Positions 51,101-61,423 are shown, counted from the first letter of the stretch. The stretch: 64,000 nucleotides of DNA from Blastocatellia bacterium (GCA_963765495.1 CAVXWP010000006.1:64001-128000); one strand, 5' to 3'. Program-made: numbers and translations. The notes: generated from the letters alone by a model not told the origin.

Positions 51101-51784
51101 AACCTGCCGAAACTGGCACGAGGGATGCTCGATAATGCTGTCCTCAGGGGGGTCCTTAACGGATGGCAGATGTCCGGCATTACGACTTTCCAGAGTGGCA
51201 ACCCGATTCGCCTGAGATTCAGCGGAGACCTGGCAGGAACCGGACAGGCACTGGCCTGGTTTGGCACAGACGCTTTCAATACTCAAGGCCAGAGCGTTGG
51301 CGCTATCACGCCGGTCTACACGGGGAATCCTACGGTCAGCAACGGCACTGGCGTTGGAAACAAGGTTCTCGATATCGGGAAGCTACAGATTCCATCGTTC
51401 AACAGCACCGGTCCTTCTCAACCACCGTTCTACATAAGGACTCCGAGTCGCAGCAACTTCGATGTCTCGTTCTTCAAGAATTTCGAGATCAGCGAGTCTA
51501 AGAAGATTCAATTCAGAACAGGTTTCTTCAACCTGTTCAATCAGGCCTATCCGGTGAGGATAAGTGTCACGGATCCTAATGCCAGTGATATTTACCTGAA
51601 CCTCAACACCACTTGTAACCGGAGAGTAGATAACGTTCCAAATGGTGTTGGCGGAACCATGAGCGGCGTGTGCGATCCCACTGGCGGTTTCAGCTTTACA
51701 CAGGAAACCCTCGATAAGTTTGGGACAATCACAAACAAGCATGGTCGCCGCATTGTTGAGTTTGCATTGAAGTTCTACTTCTAA
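48104..51784 (+). CDS. Oar-like TonB-dependent receptor with carboxypeptidase-regulatory-like N-domain
   Basis: GRVTDPTGAVV, VQEVKVQTSNYAAEHG, TKGG...FHGSLY, QDSWKIRPNFTL, PRLNFAWD, C-terminal FALKFYF. Confidence 0.93.
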   Translation: MRTPMHKMHKRVPLFGALKTCLLLARGSLTLLFPIVMVLLVAASALAQSSGSATLRGRVTDPTGAVVGKLDVTLVNEASKDERKSKTNDEGIYTFSSVPPGIYTVKVEGSGFKTTEQTGINLSPSDTRSVDITLEIGEMGETVTVMAAPEQLQTETGAKENTITAKQIDNLSIISRSSIELLRILPGVVAPDQDQLESVGFVSGANSSNNYHVNGLRGEQNVITIDGSRMMDIGANNGSIITANPDLVQEVKVQTSNYAAEHGTSAVQISATTKGGSSGFHGSLYDYMRDHRFGANDRSNSINGIDKPKSQYNYPGGNIGGPVILPWTKFNRNRDKLFFFVGYEYYYQRVDEGSSLSVVPTLKQREGDFSELLSGGGANLNQGPTVNVPVGCTVNGVGGNNPAPNNNIAPCADPLGKTLLGLFPAPNFSDPNNRFNYVYSVLRPNDRNQFVSRVDYSISDRTKLYVRLAREYEEQGFPRGLWWDSSNYEIPGDLQSKNLGRSVVVNLTNIVSPTMTNEILFSASKLKLNYDFADPDKVSYDALGLQKVGFFPGSNPYLPIGVIDAWGGGIGGNLLTAFGYPILAWNDSFAITDNLTKVYNTHTMKFGAFIEQANKRQQSNHDTDIVLGQWGQSNATGNNYGDLFVGRPLEFTQSTDRPIDNFRYYNYEFYGQDSWKIRPNFTLEYGLRIAYLPQNFERKGLGVLFDPNKYDPSQGVFLNGDITKPNGFLLAARDEIPKGVLPNPGIAWMPRLNFAWDVGGKGDLVVRAGAGVFYNRVQGNYDYYSSGQLPNTYSATVDTPWASATGLTFSDLSNVDPFSIIQGAAINVQSRDVNSNDLPRTANMSLTIEKRLPGGNLFTVAYVGTQGRHLPQQRSINIVPEGALLSGVVGNSNLSIPVNRAGLDAAALKPFRPFPAFNTVNVFQFTGTSTYHSLQATLSHQSGKNLQYFATYTFAKALGTVATNESDGSAFADPIDTRGRSWGVLPFDRTHVFNLSYNYNLPKLARGMLDNAVLRGVLNGWQMSGITTFQSGNPIRLRFSGDLAGTGQALAWFGTDAFNTQGQSVGAITPVYTGNPTVSNGTGVGNKVLDIGKLQIPSFNSTGPSQPPFYIRTPSRSNFDVSFFKNFEISESKKIQFRTGFFNLFNQAYPVRISVTDPNASDIYLNLNTTCNRRVDNVPNGVGGTMSGVCDPTGGFSFTQETLDKFGTITNKHGRRIVEFALKFYF

Positions 51785-51817
51785 GCAACTCGACAAGGCA
51801 TGGCCAATATGACAAGG

Positions 51818-51860
51818 CGGCGCGGGGGGCGAGAAATCGCTGCTCGCGCCGTTTCTCTTT
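51818..51860 (+). terminator. Probable rho-independent terminator
   Basis: cggcgcggggggcga-gaaa-tcgctgctcgcgccg followed by tttctcttt. Confidence 0.6.
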
Positions 51861-52006
51861 CGCCCTATGCTCTATAATCGGCAAGTGATATCCTGATAGC
51901 CATTGATTGATACTTGTTCGGCTTTGACCTGAAAGAAATCGGGACGCTTAACAGACTTTCCGAACGGCGAAATGGTCGCTTTGGCCTGTTCGGGTCAGGA
52001 GAAGTT

Positions 52007-53101
52007 ATGTTGAGAAATCTTTACGCACATCAAATCCAGATCAATCGCGAAATACCCTGCCCGTTATTCTTAAAGAGAATCTCTTTGCGTCTCTTTATGG
52101 GGCTGATTTTCTGTTGGATGCTGACAGGGGGCCTGTGCGCGCAAGACATGCGGGAAGCGCACGAGACATCCGATACAAACAATGCCGTGATAGAGGGACG
52201 TGTGACGCTTCCTTCGGGATTTTCGGCTGATCGAAATGTCAGAATTACGCTGAGGAATTCGCAAAGCACACTCAATACTCTCTATAGCAATAAACACGGG
52301 GAGTTTCAGTTCAGCAATCTGGCTCAGGGTGTTTACTATGTAGAGGCGCAAGTGGATGACTCTGTTTTTGACCCGGTCATCGAAAAGATTACGCTTGGCC
52401 GTGGCATCGTGTGGGAGTTGACCCTGCAACTGCGTGAGAAAAAAATCTGGCGGACCCTGAATACCGGCCCAAGAGTGATTTCCGCAGCCGAGTTACATCA
52501 AAGCGTTCCGGCAAACGCCAAGAAGGAATATAGCGTGGCCGTAAAGCTCGTCGAGAAGGGCGAGATCCCACAGGCAGCCGCGCACTTCGAGCGGGCGCTT
52601 TCGATCTTTCCCGAATACCTTGCTGCGCGTAATGACCTCGGCGCTCAATACCTGAAGCTCAAACGGCTCGACGAGGCGGAACAGCATTTCCAAAGTGTGC
52701 TTGAACGCGACCCGAAAAACTTCAACGCGAAATTCAATCTTGGACTCGTCCGAATCGAACAGAAGAATTATGCGGACGCGGTTTCAAAATTGAACGAGGC
52801 TATTGCCATAGACAGTTCTCGGGCGGTTGCTTATCTGTGGCGAGGATTTGCATTGCTGGAAATGGGTGATCTGCAAAACGCGGAAAGCGAATTGTCGAAG
52901 TCGCTGATAATGGGTGGGAAGGATTGTGTGGCTGCGCATTATCATCTGGCGCGGATATATATGAACCGGGGAGATAACGACGAAGCAACTCGCGCGGTCC
53001 GAGCCTATCTAGAAGAATCCCCAAACGGCGAATATGAAAAAGAAGCCAGAGAATTGATGAAAAAGCTTGGAGGCGAACAAAAGCGCAAATCGAAAAAGTG
53101 A
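52007..53101 (+). CDS. Exported carboxypeptidase-regulatory-like domain + TPR protein
   Basis: RBS AGGAG; IEGRVTLP...GEFQFSNLAQGVYYV; VISAAEL..VP..AKKEY then TPRs. Confidence 0.85.
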   Translation: MLRNLYAHQIQINREIPCPLFLKRISLRLFMGLIFCWMLTGGLCAQDMREAHETSDTNNAVIEGRVTLPSGFSADRNVRITLRNSQSTLNTLYSNKHGEFQFSNLAQGVYYVEAQVDDSVFDPVIEKITLGRGIVWELTLQLREKKIWRTLNTGPRVISAAELHQSVPANAKKEYSVAVKLVEKGEIPQAAAHFERALSIFPEYLAARNDLGAQYLKLKRLDEAEQHFQSVLERDPKNFNAKFNLGLVRIEQKNYADAVSKLNEAIAIDSSRAVAYLWRGFALLEMGDLQNAESELSKSLIMGGKDCVAAHYHLARIYMNRGDNDEATRAVRAYLEESPNGEYEKEARELMKKLGGEQKRKSKK

Positions 53102-53117
53102 TATTGACGCTCGCCCC

Positions 53118-55334
53118 TTACTGCTCCACTTTGAATGTGGTGGATCGGCTGACACTGTTTTTGCCGTCGCCTACCGTTATCTTCAATTCATAAGCGCCGG
53201 GCTGGAAGCTATCGAGCGGCAGGGAACTGGCATACTTTATGCGCCCCTGCTCGTCAACTGCCGGAAGATCGCCGATTGTCTGGCCCAGCCTGCGATTGTT
53301 CTGAAGTATTTCCACCTTAACCTTCATGGGAGTCGCCGAGCCTCTGGCAGGCCACGCCGTAAAGAAGAAGGCCAGTTGCTTTACCTCTGACTTGTGAACG
53401 GGCTCGCCCAGATTTGGATAAACGACAAGCTCGCCAAAATGAAACGGATGGTCTGTCTTCTGTTCTTCCTTTGATATTTGCTCCGCCCGCTTGAGCACCA
53501 CTATCGAGCTTAACCTCGGTTTTGTCTCATCAATGGATGGGACCGCAAGACTTATCGTATGCATACCGGCCTTGCCTGCCAATCCGTCGTAGGCAATAAA
53601 TTCGACCGTGTAATTGCCCGGCTGGAGTTCTATTTCGCGGTAAAAGAGAACCTCGCCTTTCTTTGCGGCTTCGAGTTTGTCGACCGGACCACTCAGGGGA
53701 TAATGCTGGCTGAGTTTTTGAACAACCTGACCCGTCTGGTCTTTAATCAGGGCGACGACGGAGAAATCCGCGTTATAGGTCTTCTTATCGCTGGCCTGTG
53801 TAAGCGTGAAAGTTGAGATCGGCGCTTCGGCAAGAAGGAGCGCGAGACCCGGTTTGTTTGTGGCCGGAAAACTGAGCGAAGCCCCGCGAAATGAGACAGA
53901 ATTCGAGCCCGACTTCACCTTACGCGCCGCGGCAAGGGCGGGCGCTTCGTAATCAAGTACGGGCAGTTCGCCGACCGATTCGACGGCGTAATAACCTTTG
54001 CGAGTCTGCGCTTCCAGGCTCGAGCGACTCAATTTCACCGCGATATGGCGGAAGCGACCGTCGTAGTCTTCATTCTTGGGAACATAGGTAACCAGATAAT
54101 AAGCGTGCATATCGCCGTCAATGCGGCGAACCCCGGCTGCCAGATCGTTTGTGTCATGAATGAGGAAGCCGCCCGTTTCATCGGCAAGCTGGCCGAGGCC
54201 GCTTCTGGGGTCGAGCTTGAGCAGGTCTTCGTTGCGTTCGAGAGCTTTAGTATAAGGTCCGGATGTTCCGCTGTCGTTGCCCCTGCTTACCTGTTGCATG
54301 CGGCGCGAGGCCAAAGAGTTGATCTCGCGAGCGGCTTCGGCGGTCCCGCTCTCTATACGAAGACCGGCCGAATCTATGGCATATATGCTGACGTTTGCCC
54401 GGTTGGCGGCGCTTATGACGGCCGGGAATTTTGCCTGGACCGATGATGGCAACGACAGCCCTTCCGAGAAAAAGATTATCGTTTTGCGTCCGGGAAGGTT
54501 TCGCATCGGGGTTATGACGGCAAGCAGGCTGTTGATAGTGGCAAACCCCTGCTGATCTCTTTCGAGCACTTCAAACTGCTCGCGCATGCGAGTCTCCATC
54601 TCGATAAAGGCTTGCTCGGCCGCAGCCTGTCCGCCTGCCGCGCCCGCGGCGGATGCGCCCGCAGCATCGCGGGCCGCGCCTGCCGCGCCTGCCGCGGATG
54701 CTTGAGATGATACTTCTTGGTCGAGCGCCGTGCTCCGATCAGATAATTCGCGAATCCTTGCATTGTTTGATGCATAGGTTGAAGTGCTTGTTGAAGTGGC
54801 TCGGTCCACCGCCTGCTTAACCAGCTCAGCATTGTCGGTATAAGATTGGAGGGTACGAAGCGATTGATCTATCAGAAAGACCCCCGTGAAATCGCCTGCC
54901 CCGATCCCCTCCTGAGCATAGGCAAGCCCCGCCTTTCGCGCTAGCGAGCGTGCATCCGGTGAGAGGCGGTCAAAGACCAGAGCCGTTACGCCCGGAGAGT
55001 AGGTGTCTCGCGACTTTGTAGTCTCTGTCGCCGGTTCTCTCCCTTCCGTATTACCTGCGGCCGGCGGTTCACGAAGCACCAGTCGAAACGATTCGATCTG
55101 CTGGCGGACCCCGTCCTCGAATATCTCAAAGTCGGAGGCTGTCAGGTCCTTTACCATGCGGCCTTTCTTATCTTTGACAACCACATCAAGGGCTACTTCG
55201 GTCGTTCCAACACGAATCACCTGTTCGCCCTGAGATTGACCCTGAGATTGGCTGGATGGATTCTGGCCTCTAATCGAGCTGTAAGATGAAAGGCTCAAAA
55301 CGATTATTAAAGCGGAGTTCACGAGGGTTTTCAT
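53118..55334 (-). CDS. VWA-domain protein (Acidobacterial VWFA-related)
   Basis: EVALDVVVKDKKGRMVKDLTASDFEIFEDG, GRKTIIFFSEG, NVSIYAID, LADETGG, YLVTY.P....DGRFRHI.V. Confidence 0.88.
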   Translation of the reverse strand: MKTLVNSALIIVLSLSSYSSIRGQNPSSQSQGQSQGEQVIRVGTTEVALDVVVKDKKGRMVKDLTASDFEIFEDGVRQQIESFRLVLREPPAAGNTEGREPATETTKSRDTYSPGVTALVFDRLSPDARSLARKAGLAYAQEGIGAGDFTGVFLIDQSLRTLQSYTDNAELVKQAVDRATSTSTSTYASNNARIRELSDRSTALDQEVSSQASAAGAAGAARDAAGASAAGAAGGQAAAEQAFIEMETRMREQFEVLERDQQGFATINSLLAVITPMRNLPGRKTIIFFSEGLSLPSSVQAKFPAVISAANRANVSIYAIDSAGLRIESGTAEAAREINSLASRRMQQVSRGNDSGTSGPYTKALERNEDLLKLDPRSGLGQLADETGGFLIHDTNDLAAGVRRIDGDMHAYYLVTYVPKNEDYDGRFRHIAVKLSRSSLEAQTRKGYYAVESVGELPVLDYEAPALAAARKVKSGSNSVSFRGASLSFPATNKPGLALLLAEAPISTFTLTQASDKKTYNADFSVVALIKDQTGQVVQKLSQHYPLSGPVDKLEAAKKGEVLFYREIELQPGNYTVEFIAYDGLAGKAGMHTISLAVPSIDETKPRLSSIVVLKRAEQISKEEQKTDHPFHFGELVVYPNLGEPVHKSEVKQLAFFFTAWPARGSATPMKVKVEILQNNRRLGQTIGDLPAVDEQGRIKYASSLPLDSFQPGAYELKITVGDGKNSVSRSTTFKVEQ

Positions 55335-55439
55335 TGTGCGGTCTCCCGGGAAAAAATTGCAGAGATAAGTATAATCCGCTCCAACAATAAAGACCAGTCA
55401 TAAGAGTTCACAACAGCCAAAAAATCGCCACGGAAAGCC

Positions 55440-55611
55440 CGGGATCATTCAGTTTTCAGTGTGGCCTGCCGAGATGGCAGGGAATCAGTGATTGCCTCGT
55501 GAAAAATCCTGAAGTACTTTGCGCCTCTGAGCCTTTGCATGAATCTATTTCTCGCGATCACGCAAGGTGCGCAGAGCACGCAAAGATTTTCCTGAGAATT
55601 AAATGAACCTG
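55440..55611. mobile_element. Degenerate MITE with TIRs related to 10343-10547
   Basis: cgggatcattcagttttcag versus reverse complement of the right end caggttcatttaattctcag (15/20); internal ctttgcg...cgcaaag palindrome; no clear TSD. Confidence 0.6.
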
Positions 55612-55718
55612 GCTCTCGGCCGTTGCGGACAGTTTCTTGTGGATGCGTAACCTGGAAATCAGAGGTGATATGTTGTATACTTTCGGCAAGTTTTTCGAAT
55701 CAGGCTGGTTAGCAGTAA

Positions 55719-56978
55719 ATGGCAAAAAAGAAATTACAAGGGCAGCTAGTGAAAGCGATAATTTCGCTACTTGCCTTCTTGATTCTGGTCCCTACAGTTT
55801 TTGCTCAAGGAGGCTCGGTTGATGCTGATCGCGCATTTGCCCGCGCGATACAATTGCACCAGTCTGGCGATATAGAAGGGGCTATACGCGAATATAAGTC
55901 AATCCTCGATTCTTATCCGGCCAGGGTAGATGTCCGGTCAAATCTGGGTGCTGCCTATTCGCGGCTGGGGCGCTACGAGGATGCAATCGAGCAATACAAA
56001 AGGGCGCTCACGCTCGACCCTCGCAATCAAACTATTCGATTCAATCTCGCTCTGGCGTATTACAAGGCGGCCCTGTTTGTTGAGGCGGCAGGCGAATTTG
56101 ACCAGTTTCTAGCCGCGACGCCGGAAGACGTTTCTCAGAAACAGAGCGCGCTTCTGCTTCTGGCTGATTGTCAGGTGCGGCTTGGCGAATACAAAAAAGT
56201 CATCGAAGAACTGACACCAATCGCAGAGGCTGATACTAATAACCGCACAGTTGCCTATCTGCTGGGCAGCGCCCTTGTCGGCGAGGGTCAGGTCAAGAAC
56301 GGTCAAATATTGATCGACAGGGTCTTTCGCGATGAAGATTCTGCCGAAGCCCATCTGTTGATCGGATCAATTCTGTTGCTGGCAGACGATGGGCAGGGGG
56401 CGATAAAGGAACTTGAACGTGCAATCGAATTGAATCCCAAACTGCCGTCTCTGCATTCCTGTTACGGGCGCGCGTTAATGCGGATGGGAGACCCTGAGAA
56501 GGCAAAGCGCGTCTTCAAAATCGAACTGACCGATAACCCGAACGACTTCGACGCTAACCTCTATATGGGTATACTGCTCAAGCGGGACAGGATGCTTGAT
56601 GAAGCCCTTGGTTATCTATTGCGGGCAACCCATTTGCGTCCGCGCGATTCGTATGCGCGCTATCACCTGGGCGCGGTTTATGCTTCTCAAGGGAAGCCGG
56701 AAGAAGCCCTGCCGTTGCTTGAAGCCGTGGTTAAAGAGTATCCCGATTTTGTCGAAGCCCACGTGCTGCTGGCATCGGTCTATTACCGGCTCAACCGAAA
56801 AGAAGACGGCAACCGCGAGCGGGCGGTCATTCAAAAACTGAACACCGAACAACAGGCCAAACAGCCGGGCGTTCAGGATGGTACCAATCAGGCTGACCCG
56901 GCCAGGCCGGTTACCAGTCCACCGGGCAATCCGGGTCAGAGGCAGGATCAAAGGCGAGATCAGAGGGAGGAGAGGTAA
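55719..56978 (+). CDS. Exported TPR protein
   Basis: Signal peptide ending VFA|Q; multiple TPRs; low-complexity tail. Confidence 0.88.
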   Translation: MAKKKLQGQLVKAIISLLAFLILVPTVFAQGGSVDADRAFARAIQLHQSGDIEGAIREYKSILDSYPARVDVRSNLGAAYSRLGRYEDAIEQYKRALTLDPRNQTIRFNLALAYYKAALFVEAAGEFDQFLAATPEDVSQKQSALLLLADCQVRLGEYKKVIEELTPIAEADTNNRTVAYLLGSALVGEGQVKNGQILIDRVFRDEDSAEAHLLIGSILLLADDGQGAIKELERAIELNPKLPSLHSCYGRALMRMGDPEKAKRVFKIELTDNPNDFDANLYMGILLKRDRMLDEALGYLLRATHLRPRDSYARYHLGAVYASQGKPEEALPLLEAVVKEYPDFVEAHVLLASVYYRLNRKEDGNRERAVIQKLNTEQQAKQPGVQDGTNQADPARPVTSPPGNPGQRQDQRRDQREER

Positions 56979-56988
56979 CAGGTTTTAC

Positions 56989-58233
56989 GTGAATATCTTA
57001 AATTTCAAAGCGCGAGTATGGATTCTTCTGATAGCGGCGCTCCTGTCTGCCTCGGCGGCAGGGGCAAATGCTCAATCCAGATCTCGATCAAAGACAAAGC
57101 AAGCGCCCGCAAAAGCGCAAACCGCCCAGCAAACGGCTCAGGCCAGGGCCGAATTTGAACAGGCCGTCAAGCTCGGCGATGAAGCCCGTGGAGCCAGACG
57201 CCTCGGCGAAGCCTTCGATTATTATGGAAAGGCATTGCAAATTCGCCCGGATTGGGCCGAGGGCTGGTGGAATATCGGGGCGATCCTTTACGAAGGTGAT
57301 CGCTACGAAGAGGCGCGCGACGCTTTTCGAAATCTTGTATCGCTTGATCAGAAGCGGGGTCCGGGATGGGCTATGCTCGGGTTGTGCGAGTTTCAGACAC
57401 GCGATTATGAGAGGGCGGTTGTCTCTATGCAGCGCGGGCGGGCGCTTGGCTTGGGCGGCAACCTCGAGCTTGAATCAGTAGTCCGCTATCACACGGCGCT
57501 ACTTTACATCCGCTTCGAGCAATTCGAAATAGCCTACGATATTCTGAGCGAGTTTCTGCGTTACGGCAATGACAGCCCGAAAGTGATCGAGGCGTTCGGA
57601 TTGACTATGCTAAGGATGCCGTTTCTTCCCGCTGAGGTCCCGCCCGACCGGCGTGAGCAAATTCTGCTTGCGGGGCGAGCCGGATATAACATGGCCGCCC
57701 ATCGCGTGGACGAATCGCGCGCCGCCTTTGATATGCTGCTTGAGCGTTATCCGAATGAGCCAAATGTTCATTACGCGTTTGGTGTGTTCCTGCTTAATCA
57801 GGATGCCGATGCCGCGCTCAAAGAGTTTAAACGCGAACTGGAGATTTCGCCCTCACATCAGCCCGCGATGGTGCAAATGGCCTTCGAATACCTCAAACGC
57901 GATGAATACAACGAGGCGCTGCCCCTGGCGGAAAAGGCTGTGCAGCTTTCACCCAAGATGTTTCCCGCGCGAAATGTGCTTGGCCGCGTACTGCTGGAGC
58001 TGGGTCAGTTGGATCGGGCGATAAAGGAGCTTGAGGAAGGCGTGCGGCTCGCGCCGACAAGCCCGGAAATGCATTTCGCGCTTGCGCGAGCATACACCCG
58101 CGCGGGCCGGAGCAAAGATGCCCAGCGCGAACGCGAGACCTTCAAGCAATTACAAGCGGAGTATGAAGCTCGTCGTAACGCTCAGTTGCCCGGCAATGCG
58201 GCCGATAACAACCCGTCAAAGTCAAAACCTTGA
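56989..58233 (+). CDS. Exported TPR protein
   Basis: GTG 56989 after GGAGAGG; signal peptide ANA|Q; TPRs. Confidence 0.85.
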   Translation: MNILNFKARVWILLIAALLSASAAGANAQSRSRSKTKQAPAKAQTAQQTAQARAEFEQAVKLGDEARGARRLGEAFDYYGKALQIRPDWAEGWWNIGAILYEGDRYEEARDAFRNLVSLDQKRGPGWAMLGLCEFQTRDYERAVVSMQRGRALGLGGNLELESVVRYHTALLYIRFEQFEIAYDILSEFLRYGNDSPKVIEAFGLTMLRMPFLPAEVPPDRREQILLAGRAGYNMAAHRVDESRAAFDMLLERYPNEPNVHYAFGVFLLNQDADAALKEFKRELEISPSHQPAMVQMAFEYLKRDEYNEALPLAEKAVQLSPKMFPARNVLGRVLLELGQLDRAIKELEEGVRLAPTSPEMHFALARAYTRAGRSKDAQRERETFKQLQAEYEARRNAQLPGNAADNNPSKSKP

Positions 58234-58310
58234 TTTTTCGAGCGCGGAATCTGCCTCTCTGATTAATGTATAGTGGTTCGGCTCGATACAGCATACCCGG
58301 ATATTCAAAG

Positions 58311-59474
58311 ATGTTTAGTCATAATGTCAGAAAAAATACCTTGAGCCTGGTGGTTTCGATTATTTACCTTATGATCTTTGGAGTTGCCTCCTGGGCATCT
58401 TCGAGCATCTTCACTCAAAAGAATTTTGCCGACCGGTGGCACCCGAGAAAGGCACCGGCAGGGACCGAATTCGTAGGCGATCAGACCTGCGCAGGGTGCC
58501 ACAAAAGCAAGGTGGATTCTCTGGCAAAAAGCGGGATGGGGAGGGCTATGGAGCCTATGGTCAGTTCCATTGTGCTGACCGAAAACCCAAAAATGACATT
58601 TCAATCCGGTCCTTATTCCTTCGAGATCAGGCGCAAGGACAAGCAGAGCATTTATACGGTCACAGACGGGAAGGAAACGATCTCGGTCCCGATTCTCTAT
58701 GCGTTGGGACAGGGCAAGGCCGGGCAGACATACATTCTGCGATACGAGGATGCGTTTTATGAAAGCCGCGTGAGTTATTACAAAGAGATTAGCGGGCTGG
58801 ATTTCACAATCGGTTCGCCCCGTGTGGTTCCTGCCTCGCTTGAGAAGGCGCTTGGCAGACGCCTCTCAGACAGCGAGGCGCGAAGTTGCTTCAGTTGCCA
58901 TTCAACGGGCGGCATAAACGGCGGGCAGATTGATCTGGGGAAGATGGCTCTGGGCGTCCGGTGCGAGGCATGTCACGGTCCGGGAGGGCGTCACGTGGCG
59001 GCGAACATGGCCGGAGAGCCGAGCGCCAATCTTATCTTCAACCCCGGGCGTCTGAGCGGCGATGAACTGAGTCAGGACTTTTGCGCCTCCTGCCACCGGG
59101 GCAACGATGAGTTCAGCATCCTCAAGAGCATGGAGGTCAACAATGTTCGGTTTCAGCCTTACCGTATCTTCCACAGCAAATGTTACTCGGACGACCGCAG
59201 GATAAGCTGTACGGCCTGTCATGATCCTCACGAACCGATCAGGCAGGACGTAGCCTTTTATGACGCAAAGTGCACGGCCTGTCATCAGTTGAAAGACAAG
59301 TCGTTGCAGGCGGGCACAAAACAGGGAGATCAGAATATGCTGGCTGCCTGTTCGGTGAGTACGAAGGACTGCGTTTCTTGTCATATGCCAAAACTGGGAC
59401 CACCCGCGGCGCACTTCAAGTTTACGGACCACTACATTCGCATTGTAAAATCCAGCGAGTCATACCCAAATTGA
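58311..59474 (+). CDS. Exported multiheme cytochrome c (c554-like), seven CxxCH motifs
   Basis: CAGCH, CFSCH, CEACH(GPG), CASCH, CTACH(DPH), CTACH, CVSCH(MP), C-terminal TDHYI. Start uncertain (58266 or 58311). Confidence 0.9.
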   Translation: MFSHNVRKNTLSLVVSIIYLMIFGVASWASSSIFTQKNFADRWHPRKAPAGTEFVGDQTCAGCHKSKVDSLAKSGMGRAMEPMVSSIVLTENPKMTFQSGPYSFEIRRKDKQSIYTVTDGKETISVPILYALGQGKAGQTYILRYEDAFYESRVSYYKEISGLDFTIGSPRVVPASLEKALGRRLSDSEARSCFSCHSTGGINGGQIDLGKMALGVRCEACHGPGGRHVAANMAGEPSANLIFNPGRLSGDELSQDFCASCHRGNDEFSILKSMEVNNVRFQPYRIFHSKCYSDDRRISCTACHDPHEPIRQDVAFYDAKCTACHQLKDKSLQAGTKQGDQNMLAACSVSTKDCVSCHMPKLGPPAAHFKFTDHYIRIVKSSESYPN

Positions 59475-59518
59475 TTGCTGAGAGGTTGAGCGGATTGTGG
59501 TTGGAGGGTCAATAGAGA

Positions 59519-61279
59519 ATGCGATATTTTTGCCTGTTTATCATTTTAACGATCACGGTTGCTGTAACTCCTCTTAGCTCGCGTGGACAGGAGCCCGCTG
59601 CTTCAAAAGGGGCCGTCTCAAAGGAGGCTGTCTCAAAGGAGGCTGTCTCAAAAGAGGCTGCTCCGGCAAAGACGCCGGTTATCTTCGAAGAGGTTCCTTC
59701 CTCCGTGAGTAAAATTACCTGGGCTCATGATAACGGGCGCTCCGATCTGCGTCATCTGCCTGAAACCTGCGGCGGGGGCGGTCTGTTCTTTGATTTCGAC
59801 AACGACGGATGGCTGGATATCTATTTCGTCAATAGCGGCCCGTCGGATTTCTTTACGCCGAAGAAACCGCTCAAGAATGCGCTTTATCGCAATAATCGTG
59901 ACGGCACATTTACCGATGTCACGGATAAGGCCGGGGTGGCCTGCGGGCAGATGGGCCATTTTGGGATGGGAGCGGCGGCAGGCGACTATGACGGCGACGG
60001 CTGGATGGATTTATACGTCACAAATTATGGCCACAACGTGCTGTTTCACAATAACGGGAACGGCACATTTACCGATGTCACGGATAAGGCCGGAGTCGCC
60101 GCGCCAGACTGGGCTACCTGCGCGACGTGGTTCGATTACGATAACGACGGCAAGCTTGACCTGTTTGTGTCGAGCTTTGTGCAATACAGCGGGACAGGCA
60201 CGGTCTTTTGCGGCGACAATCGCATAGGCCGCCGCTATTACTGTGTGCCGCGCATATTTAAGCCGCGCCCCAGTTATCTCTTTCACAATGACGGCAACGG
60301 CAAATTCACCGATGTGAGCAAAGATTCGGGCATAGCCAACTCGCTCGGAAAATCCTTTGGCGCGATAGCGACCGACATCAACAACGACGGGTTGATGGAT
60401 CTGTTTGTGGCAAATGATACGGTTGCAAATTTTCTTTTCCTGAACAAAGGCAAGGGCAAGTTTGAAGAGATCGGGCTTGCTGCGGGCGTGGCTTATAGCG
60501 AGTCGGGCAGCCCGCGCTCGGGCATGGGCGTAGACTCAGCCGACTATGACGGCGACGGCTGGCAGGACCTGTTTGTGGCCAACATTGATCAGGAGCTCTT
60601 CAGTCTTTATCAAAACCAGAAAGACAAATCATTTCTTGATAAGCCGGGTGAGATCGGGCAGGCCACTCGGTTTCTGAGCGGCTGGGGGCTGAAGTTCTTT
60701 GATTATGACAATGACGGCGACCCCGATTTGATACTGGCCAACGGGCATCCCGATGATATGGTCGAGACGCAATCGCTGAAGGTGAAATACAAAGAGCCTC
60801 TGGTGATGTTTGAAAACGTGGGCGGCAAATTTAAGGACGTGACGGCCGAATCGGGCGCGGTTTTCAAGAAAGACTTTTCGGCGCGCGGGCTTTCAGTGGG
60901 CGATTACGACAATGACGGCGATCTCGATGTTCTTATCATCAACAACGGCGAACCACCTGTCCTGCTGAAGAATCAGGGCGGGAACCGCAACAACTGGGTA
61001 GGTCTTCAGCTTATCGCCACAGTAAGCAATCCGGGGGCTGTGGGCGCGATAATTACCTGGCAGGCCGGGGGCGTAAAGCGGAGCCGGTTGAAGACCAGCG
61101 GCGGCAGCTATCTTTCATCGCACGACCCGCGCGAAATTCTGGGGCTTGGCAATGCTACGAAACTCGACTGGGTCGAAATCAAATGGCCTGCCCCGAGCGG
61201 CAAAGTCGAAAGATACACGGATGTGCCTGTTGGCGCCTACACCACGATAGTCGAAGGCAAAGGGGTAGTGAAGGATTAA
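59519..61279 (+). CDS. CRTAC1-family FG-GAP repeat protein with ASPIC/UnbV domain
   Basis: Repeated D[YF]DxDGxxD Ca-binding blades; [25 protein letters not shown]. Confidence 0.92.
   Translation: MRYFCLFIILTITVAVTPLSSRGQEPAASKGAVSKEAVSKEAVSKEAAPAKTPVIFEEVPSSVSKITWAHDNGRSDLRHLPETCGGGGLFFDFDNDGWLDIYFVNSGPSDFFTPKKPLKNALYRNNRDGTFTDVTDKAGVACGQMGHFGMGAAAGDYDGDGWMDLYVTNYGHNVLFHNNGNGTFTDVTDKAGVAAPDWATCATWFDYDNDGKLDLFVSSFVQYSGTGTVFCGDNRIGRRYYCVPRIFKPRPSYLFHNDGNGKFTDVSKDSGIANSLGKSFGAIATDINNDGLMDLFVANDTVANFLFLNKGKGKFEEIGLAAGVAYSESGSPRSGMGVDSADYDGDGWQDLFVANIDQELFSLYQNQKDKSFLDKPGEIGQATRFLSGWGLKFFDYDNDGDPDLILANGHPDDMVETQSLKVKYKEPLVMFENVGGKFKDVTAESGAVFKKDFSARGLSVGDYDNDGDLDVLIINNGEPPVLLKNQGGNRNNWVGLQLIATVSNPGAVGAIITWQAGGVKRSRLKTSGGSYLSSHDPREILGLGNATKLDWVEIKWPAPSGKVERYTDVPVGAYTTIVEGKGVVKD
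59611..59660 (+). repeat. In-frame 15-bp tandem repeat (AVSKE x3) after the signal peptide
   Basis: ggccgtctcaaagga ggctgtctcaaagga ggctgtctcaaaaga. Confidence 0.85.
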
Positions 61280-61383
61280 AGGCGAAGGATTAGAGTCGAA
61301 CCCTGATCGAGTGTAAGGGCTATTGTCTTCGCTCCTTAGCAGATCGGAAAAAGGTTCGTTGAGCAGTTACGCGGCAACACTCA

Positions 61384-61423
61384 TCTGAGATTTGAGATTT
61401 GAGATCTGAGATTTCAAATCTCA
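61384..61423. repeat. GAGATTT heptamer tract with a short inverted arm
   Basis: tctgagatttgagatttgagatctgagatttcaaatctcag. Confidence 0.75.
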
